Source of the DNA: a virus
IMG/VR virus record: IMGVR_UViG_3300046522_000297
Location: 32,001-96,000 of that record
Length of the DNA: 64,000 nt
Reading direction: 5' to 3' (one strand)
In this document: piece after piece, positions 57,773 to 64,000 of the stretch
Layout: each line of letters opens with the position of its first letter
Position numbering within the stretch: position 1 is the stretch's first letter
Made by a program: the position numbers and the translations under genes
Notes under the pieces: model-generated
Seen by the model: the letters and a program-made list of their open reading frames with translations, nothing else
Database searches by the model: none
Told to the model about the DNA's origin: nothing

Positions 57773-59254
57773 TTAAAGTATTTCACAAGATACATTGAAC
57801 GGTCCCCCAGAAGCAGGCACCGCGTTCACCACCGTTATGGTAAATCCACCAGTAGTCTTCGTAGCTACGAAGGGGATGGCTGCTGCCGCAGTAGTATTTC
57901 TAGGGAAGATATTGATAGCAGAGTAAAATCCCATGACGTTACCGTTGGTAACCACCGTGGACCCTCCTGCCGCAAGCCCTGCCAGATTAACAGCAAGTAT
58001 CAATGCATCGGGACTCAGCTTACTAGTTCTAACGGTGACTCCCGAGCCGGAAGCGCTGAAGGGTCCGAAACTGTTACCGACAAGATTACTATCCGTCAAT
58101 GAGCAATCGTTGCCCGCAGTAAAGTTGACCCCGTAATCATGGTTATTAATAGCGGTGACCCCAGATACCCTGACGTTATCCGTATTAAAGGAGTAAACTC
58201 CAGAACCAGTAACAGCACCTTCTAGTCTATTAGAACCCTTGACTTGTACTTTGGTAGCTCCGTCACTGATGTTTATGCAATTATTGTATGCACCGTTTAC
58301 AGTGATGTTAACTAATTCAAAATTAGTAGTATTTCCACCAACTGAAACACCATTGTGAGTTGATCCTGAGGTAGCGGCCTGCCCTGCGTTCAAAACGGTG
58401 ATGTTAACACCACGACTGTACGAAGCAGGTTTCCCAGTATGACCAAAGTTAACACCGTTGTTAAATTGGTTGTTTTTACTTACGATGTTACAAGCTGTGG
58501 AATAGGTACTATCCAGAACAACACTAGACGCTCCACAGTTTTCAGCATGGATACCATCTATAATGTTGCCCACCCCTCCTGCACCGCTTATGGAAACCGC
58601 AGACCAGCCATTAGATCCATCACCTAAGGCGTTGATTCTTCTTATAGAGCAGTTAAGGCTGGCACCGTCGAAGTATATACCTTCCCTCTGCCACACACTT
58701 AAAAAGATATCGTGAGCGTGACACCTAACTCCGTCTACGAAAACTACACAGCCTTGGCTGGCTACGACCCCGTTACTCGATGTGTATTTATTGTTGCCTA
58801 GTTTTCTAACGTTGATTCTACAATCCGTAGGCTTTACGAATTTAATGAGACCTTGTCTATCACCAATTTGGTTAGCTGAATTTCCGTCGATCTCTCCTGA
58901 GCCCGAAATCATTATGTTAGAATTCCCATTTGTAGTATCCACATTAACGAACATATACGAATCGCTCGACGTATTAGGTTTCCGTAGACATTTTCCGTCT
59001 ATAACTAGGACAACGTTAGAGGGGATACTGACAGTATCTATAACGTAGGTATACCCCGCCGGGAATGCGATTTTTGAAAATGCGGAAACTGCGGATTGAA
59101 TAGCAGCGGTATCATCAGTAACACCATCCCCCTTAGCCCCAAAATCCCTTACGCTTACAAACTCGTCGAGCTTATCCTTAGAGGTTCTCTCAGAAGAACC
59201 TATCGGAAAGGCTTTATATCTTATTAATTCTGCCGAAATTTTTGTAGTTGACAT
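57773..59254 (-). CDS. Tailspike / beta-helix depolymerase
   Basis: VRDFGAKGDGVTDDTAAIQSA. Confidence 0.85.
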   Translation of the reverse strand: MSTTKISAELIRYKAFPIGSSERTSKDKLDEFVSVRDFGAKGDGVTDDTAAIQSAVSAFSKIAFPAGYTYVIDTVSIPSNVVLVIDGKCLRKPNTSSDSYMFVNVDTTNGNSNIMISGSGEIDGNSANQIGDRQGLIKFVKPTDCRINVRKLGNNKYTSSNGVVASQGCVVFVDGVRCHAHDIFLSVWQREGIYFDGASLNCSIRRINALGDGSNGWSAVSISGAGGVGNIIDGIHAENCGASSVVLDSTYSTACNIVSKNNQFNNGVNFGHTGKPASYSRGVNITVLNAGQAATSGSTHNGVSVGGNTTNFELVNITVNGAYNNCINISDGATKVQVKGSNRLEGAVTGSGVYSFNTDNVRVSGVTAINNHDYGVNFTAGNDCSLTDSNLVGNSFGPFSASGSGVTVRTSKLSPDALILAVNLAGLAAGGSTVVTNGNVMGFYSAINIFPRNTTAAAAIPFVATKTTGGFTITVVNAVPASGGPFNVSCEIL

Positions 59255-59256
59255 AG

Positions 59257-59310
59257 TTATCTTTACGAAAAAGAGGCCTCGAAGGGCCTCTATTATTTTA
59301 GGTGAACTTA
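59257..59310. repeat. 54-bp intergenic direct repeat, copy 1 (contains a terminator)
   Basis: 52/54 identical to 61048-61101. Confidence 0.85.
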
Positions 59311-61041
59311 CAGCCCAGTTATAACTTCGGAAGCTGGATTTGACCCAATGTTATTCATATACTCTACCAAGACCGTTGCAGTAGTAGTCCCATACGCACT
59401 AGGTATATTTAACTGAAGGTCTACCGTATTGTCACCGTTACGGATCATAGTAGCCGTAATAGTCCCCAGCGCGCTACCGCCAGTGTTGGATACCGCCGTA
59501 GCATCCCCGATCTTTGATATAGTCTGTGACGCCGTAGCTTCTTTATAGCATGCAAACTGATAAGTTTGAGCTCCTACGAAGCCGATATCCGGGTTATAAC
59601 TATTAAGTAACATCACCGTAATTTTACCGAAACAATTAGAGCCGTATGAGCTATTGTCAATTCTAATAACAGACTGAGCACTCCCCCCCGTGAGAGATTT
59701 AGTGTATACGAAGTTTTTGATATTACTCACCCCATCATATCGGCTAGTGCCATAACGGTTGATGTATCTCGTTCCACTTTCATCACGGATAGTAAGCAGA
59801 GAGTTTGCATCAGAAACATACCACCAATTAGTACCTCCGATTTCTACAGGCTTTCTAATATTATCTAATATAACGGTAGCCCCCGTAGAAGCTGAGAGTT
59901 GTCCATAGGTACCTCCAGCATTACCAGGGTTAGCGATTCCTAGCCAGGTATTGGTGAAGGTAACCCTTGTCCCGGCATCTGAGAACTGGTAAGGGAAATA
60001 CGACCCAGGTGCGGACCCTACCTTGTAAATTATAAGTGCTCCACCGACTACGGTAACTTCGGCCCCGTTAACGGCTTGGACAATACGGCTGAAGGACTCA
60101 GCACCGCATCCCGTCATTGAAATGACTGAGTTATCAAAATAATAGCAACGGTCAACACTATCTGCAGAACACGAGGTCATGGAACTATAGTTCAGGTTAG
60201 TGAAAGTGTACCCCGTTCCTCCAGCACTGCTCTTACCGTCGACTGCGACGTTTTTAAATCCATTGCTAGTGCCCGTATTAATATTGAAATGATCTTTGCT
60301 AAAACGTGACCGAATTTTAACCCACTCAATCTGCCACATATCGAAGCCCTTTATGAAGAACTTTGAGTAGTTACAGAACAGACTTTCGAACGACGAATAG
60401 CAAACCCGCTGCCCGTGGAAAACCCCAACGCTACCATCAGACGGTAGATCGAAACTACAGTTAATTATATTGAAATCGGTCAAATAACTTTCGTTAGGAC
60501 AAATTAAGTTAAAAACTACAGGTTGATCCCATGTTAAGGTTTGTACAACCCCGTTGGAATCCGTGTAGGTACGGGTTACCACATTAGTAGTTAAAGAGGT
60601 TTTCTTAAATGTGGTCTTTCTTTTTTCACCATAGACGTTCACATCGGAGGTAATATTAATTGGAGTATCTATTAGAAACGTACCTACTGCATATATATTC
60701 TTGTAAGCGTTTATAGCGCTTTGAATAGCTGAGCTACTAACGGTTGTCCCAGTGGGGTCTGCGCCAAACCATTCCACGTTTACAGCGCCGCTAAATACTC
60801 TCTTCCATCTTTTGCCGTTACCGGAAACGATAGTAGTGCCGCCATTGTCCACAGACGTAGTATCAGAATCGTTCCTAACAAAATTTCCGGCAATACCTGA
60901 CTTCGTGATATACACGGAAGTCTGGGCCCCTTCGTACAGACGTAGAGCTACATAGTCGTTTAGACGTAGGGTGTTTAGGGAACCTTCCACGGTGTCAGTA
61001 CCGTGGGTGATCATACTGCTTTTGGCTTTTGTTAATGACAT
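59308..61041 (-). CDS. Tailspike
   Basis: DTTSVDNGGTTIV..GKRWKR, VNVEWFGA. Confidence 0.85.
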   Translation of the reverse strand: MSLTKAKSSMITHGTDTVEGSLNTLRLNDYVALRLYEGAQTSVYITKSGIAGNFVRNDSDTTSVDNGGTTIVSGNGKRWKRVFSGAVNVEWFGADPTGTTVSSSAIQSAINAYKNIYAVGTFLIDTPINITSDVNVYGEKRKTTFKKTSLTTNVVTRTYTDSNGVVQTLTWDQPVVFNLICPNESYLTDFNIINCSFDLPSDGSVGVFHGQRVCYSSFESLFCNYSKFFIKGFDMWQIEWVKIRSRFSKDHFNINTGTSNGFKNVAVDGKSSAGGTGYTFTNLNYSSMTSCSADSVDRCYYFDNSVISMTGCGAESFSRIVQAVNGAEVTVVGGALIIYKVGSAPGSYFPYQFSDAGTRVTFTNTWLGIANPGNAGGTYGQLSASTGATVILDNIRKPVEIGGTNWWYVSDANSLLTIRDESGTRYINRYGTSRYDGVSNIKNFVYTKSLTGGSAQSVIRIDNSSYGSNCFGKITVMLLNSYNPDIGFVGAQTYQFACYKEATASQTISKIGDATAVSNTGGSALGTITATMIRNGDNTVDLQLNIPSAYGTTTATVLVEYMNNIGSNPASEVITGL

Positions 61042-61047
61042 ATTATA

Positions 61048-61101
61048 TTATCTTTACGAAAAAGAGGCCTCGAAGGGCCTCTAGTATTTTAGATGAACTT
61101 A
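61048..61101. repeat. 54-bp intergenic direct repeat, copy 2
   Basis: 52/54 identical to 59257-59310. Confidence 0.85.
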
Positions 61102-61108
61102 TCTTATA

Positions 61109-63004
61109 TTAATTAACTTCACCGCTGGAAGAACGAGTCACGATTACGCCCAAGCTTCCACTAGCAAGATCTATAGCGGCAGCAGTCGGGTTGTAGAAAT
61201 ATACAGTAACAACGCCTGAAGCGGTGACTTGCCCCCACATCTGAATACCCTGTAAGGGATTTGGGAACATCACCTGCACCGGCTCACCAACTAAAGCGTT
61301 ATTCACGTTTAGAGTGGTGCTAGTGCTAGCTCCAGCAGCCAAGCTAGGCGGATCATAAGTCTTACTTGCCAGACGATTTGTAGGGTACAGGAATCCACTG
61401 TAGTTGGTGGTGATCGTGCCGCCATTCACCTTAAACAGGTTCTGCTGGATGAAGTTGTTGCTTTCTGCCGAGAGGTTCGTTCCGGTGATGCAGCGGGTAC
61501 GTGTTACATTGGTTTGGGCGTAATGCACATTATTTGTGATACGAGAATACGTAAAACCACAGTTACGTATAAGGATATCATCGTCATTTACGATGGCCGA
61601 ATTCACGGTCAGCGGGGTGCCGAAGCGATTGCCGTCGATAATGCATCCCGAGAACTGACAATTGGTAAAGCCCCCAGTGCTCTCGACGCATAGACTATAT
61701 TCAGTCAGCAGGCCTGGCTGAGTCACAAACACATTGCCGGTGAACATGAAGCTGAAAACTTCGCTCGACGACGGTGTCACGAGGTTGACGTGTTTGGCCT
61801 TGACCGGCTGGCCGACCGTGCCTACCGCAAGGACGCAACTGAACGTGTTGTCCTTGATCTTAAGGCCCGGACAGTTTAGCGCCTTGAGGCCGTTGTTGAC
61901 AACGATGGTGCGCGCTTGGTCGATATCGCTCCGAAGCCAGTTCTCGTTGATGATCGTGCCATAGCACTGTTTCAGATAGATCTGAGCCTGTCCGTTAGTG
62001 TTCTTGACCTTGGTACGGCTGATCATCAGATTTTCATCAAAGCTACAGATAATATTAGCCATGCCGAGATCAGTAGCGGGGTAGGCTGCGTCCGTCGTGC
62101 CGCTGGCACCGTTGCCGACGATGTCGCATTGCTCGATCAGCGTCCCCACCGTATCGTAGGTGAAGATGCCCGCCTTGTCACATAGATAAGCTACGCAGTT
62201 GACGATTTTGTTGGTTTGTGTCTGGTCAAGATAGAAGCCGTGGCCGCAACTGTGGACAATGACATCACGGAAGACGTTCTGCAAACCCTGGACGCAGATG
62301 ACACCGGCAGCAGCTATGTTCGCGTCTCCGTTGTGCCCACGGTCCTCAATGCCCCGGAAATTGCGAATCCACACACGCTCCACTACCATGCCCTGTGGTG
62401 CCCAGGCCCCTGTATCGAATGCTGGGTCGATGAAGTTAAGCGCATGGCCATTGCCAGCAGCGCCAGTCAAACCATTTCCATTAAACTGAAGATCTTGAAT
62501 CAGGCTATTTTGTGTGCCATCTGGATAGGCTGTCTTGATAAGCGACCCCCCAATGACCTTGGAATTGAGAATCGACTGCGTCATGCCATCCCCAATCATA
62601 CCGCCGGGCTGCGGAACGACCAAAGTACGGCTAATGTTGTAGCTTCCCGTAGGCACGTAGACCCGCTTGCTGGTCGCAAGCGCGGCCTCAAATGCGCTCG
62701 TGTCATCCGTCCCCGTCCCTAGAGCGCCAAACCACTTGACGTTTACGGGCCCGGAAAAGTCTCGTTTCCATCGCTTACCGTTCAATGCCACTATAGTAGT
62801 GCCTCCGTTATCAACAGAGGTAGTATCCGAATCATCCCTTACGAAATATCCGGAAATCCCAGCCTTAGTGACGTACACAGTAGTCTGAATACCCGAATAT
62901 ACTCTAAGGGTCGCATAGTCGGTTAAACGTATGGCATTTAAAACACCTTCCACGGTATCGCTACCGTGGGAGATCATATAACTTTTTTCTCTTGTTAGTG
63001 ACAT
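61109..63004 (-). CDS. Tailspike
   Basis: Same N-terminal module as 59308-61041; beta-helix; C-terminal YDPPSLAAG. Confidence 0.85.
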   Translation of the reverse strand: MSLTREKSYMISHGSDTVEGVLNAIRLTDYATLRVYSGIQTTVYVTKAGISGYFVRDDSDTTSVDNGGTTIVALNGKRWKRDFSGPVNVKWFGALGTGTDDTSAFEAALATSKRVYVPTGSYNISRTLVVPQPGGMIGDGMTQSILNSKVIGGSLIKTAYPDGTQNSLIQDLQFNGNGLTGAAGNGHALNFIDPAFDTGAWAPQGMVVERVWIRNFRGIEDRGHNGDANIAAAGVICVQGLQNVFRDVIVHSCGHGFYLDQTQTNKIVNCVAYLCDKAGIFTYDTVGTLIEQCDIVGNGASGTTDAAYPATDLGMANIICSFDENLMISRTKVKNTNGQAQIYLKQCYGTIINENWLRSDIDQARTIVVNNGLKALNCPGLKIKDNTFSCVLAVGTVGQPVKAKHVNLVTPSSSEVFSFMFTGNVFVTQPGLLTEYSLCVESTGGFTNCQFSGCIIDGNRFGTPLTVNSAIVNDDDILIRNCGFTYSRITNNVHYAQTNVTRTRCITGTNLSAESNNFIQQNLFKVNGGTITTNYSGFLYPTNRLASKTYDPPSLAAGASTSTTLNVNNALVGEPVQVMFPNPLQGIQMWGQVTASGVVTVYFYNPTAAAIDLASGSLGVIVTRSSSGEVN

Positions 63005-63049
63005 AACATAGGTTTCATGAAAAAGGCCCGAAGACCCTATTTAAATCGA

Positions 63050-64000
63050 TTAGTACGTTACTCTACTGATTTCGTACCAGGTAGAGTCTGCACTACGGAA
63101 TACTAAGGTCATGGCCTGGACATACCCTGCGGTATTACCAAACTGGGCACTAGCTGCTCCGCCTGCAAAACGTACGTTAGTGTTAATCAACGTAACTGGC
63201 CAGGTAACACCTAACAGCCTAATTTCTTCGCCATCTTGGACACCCGTAGTACCTAGGATACATCCGGTTCTAGCTGCACCAGAACCAGTGATAACCATAG
63301 TCTTTTGAGTAGGAGTCTGAGTTTGACCGTTCGCCGTAAAGCTAAGGTTATTTAAACTGGTGTACTCTCGGTTTATCTTAACAGCTTTATTAGCATCATC
63401 CAGGGTCAAGATCATAGTAGTTCCACCGCTAGGCCCGTTGAATGAACGTAGAGTGTTACTACTAAAATCGTCCTTCCAGTTCTTCGAGAAACGAGCTCCG
63501 TTAGCAGTTTCGAATACGTAGTTCGAGGTACCTAGACTGGTAAGCTCCGAAGTACAAGCATCGAAGTGGTTACCAATGACATATGCCGCTTGATACGAGT
63601 TTGACAGACTGCGTAGTAAAACGCCGACTGCAAATCCTTCAAAATAGTTGCCGAATAGTTTCTCAGCAACAATATTCGCACCTAAGTCCACTCCATTACC
63701 TACTCCGCCGCCGGTAGATGATTGGAGAAGGTTACCCATGTAGGTATTTGCGCCGCCGGTAGTCAGCTTTATCGGTGAGTTAGATAGAATCTGATTACAG
63801 ATAAACTTACATGCTTGTAATCCTAACGTCGTTCCATCTGAAATACCTATTGCAAATGCAAATCCCGCAACGCCGATAACATTATCCCTAGCAGTGTGAG
63901 TATACGCACCTGCTACTGAAGCCGATGTATCTGGATCTACGTCAGCGTACAGAACCGCAGTCCCGACGTTGTTGGTAGCTGCCAAGAACCTATTATGCTC
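63050..64000 (-). CDS. Tailspike, C-terminal part (5' end outside the window)
   Basis: Beta-helix-like repeats, terminal WYEISR. Confidence 0.7.
   Translation of the reverse strand, partial: EHNRFLAATNNVGTAVLYADVDPDTSASVAGAYTHTARDNVIGVAGFAFAIGISDGTTLGLQACKFICNQILSNSPIKLTTGGANTYMGNLLQSSTGGGVGNGVDLGANIVAEKLFGNYFEGFAVGVLLRSLSNSYQAAYVIGNHFDACTSELTSLGTSNYVFETANGARFSKNWKDDFSSNTLRSFNGPSGGTTMILTLDDANKAVKINREYTSLNNLSFTANGQTQTPTQKTMVITGSGAARTGCILGTTGVQDGEEIRLLGVTWPVTLINTNVRFAGGAASAQFGNTAGYVQAMTLVFRSADSTWYEISRVTY

Overview
64 kb of a large lytic dsDNA tailed phage, probably of a Gram-negative host (spanin pair, lipoprotein). From left to right: the 3' end of a group I intron with an HNH ORF and the last exon of a family-A DNA polymerase; class Ia ribonucleotide reductase (nrdB, nrdA) and a RuvC-like resolvase; a roughly 25 kb tRNA-rich region (about 21 canonical tRNAs plus about 6 aberrant tRNA-like RNAs) mixed with RNA-repair and translation genes (RtcB, Pth2, phosphoesterase, bL12-like), free-standing HNH endonucleases, DenV, a vWA protein and an AAA ATPase; ThyX, a PRS-like plus NAMPT-like pair (NARP1-type NAD+ rescue), HAD/DHH hydrolases and a dimeric dUTPase; a 2.1 kb non-coding block (a long structured RNA candidate followed by a symmetric iteron/AT-rich origin-like element); and, on the minus strand, the lysis cassette and five tandem tailspike genes. 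The best candidate for a new system is at 11.2-12.6 kb. There an amber-suppressor tRNA(CUA) is followed by three non-canonical tRNA-like RNAs and two coupled genes (Pth2-like and HD-domain). Each gene is interrupted by an in-frame TAG in the same CG-TAG-ATTT(C/A)CGA context, and the ORF track misses both full-length genes. Other strong candidates are a coiled-coil gene followed by a 370-nt RNA with heptamer repeats, a leader-peptide attenuator in front of the tRNA cluster, and a 19-copy promoter motif. All family calls come from recognising motifs by eye; no searches were run.
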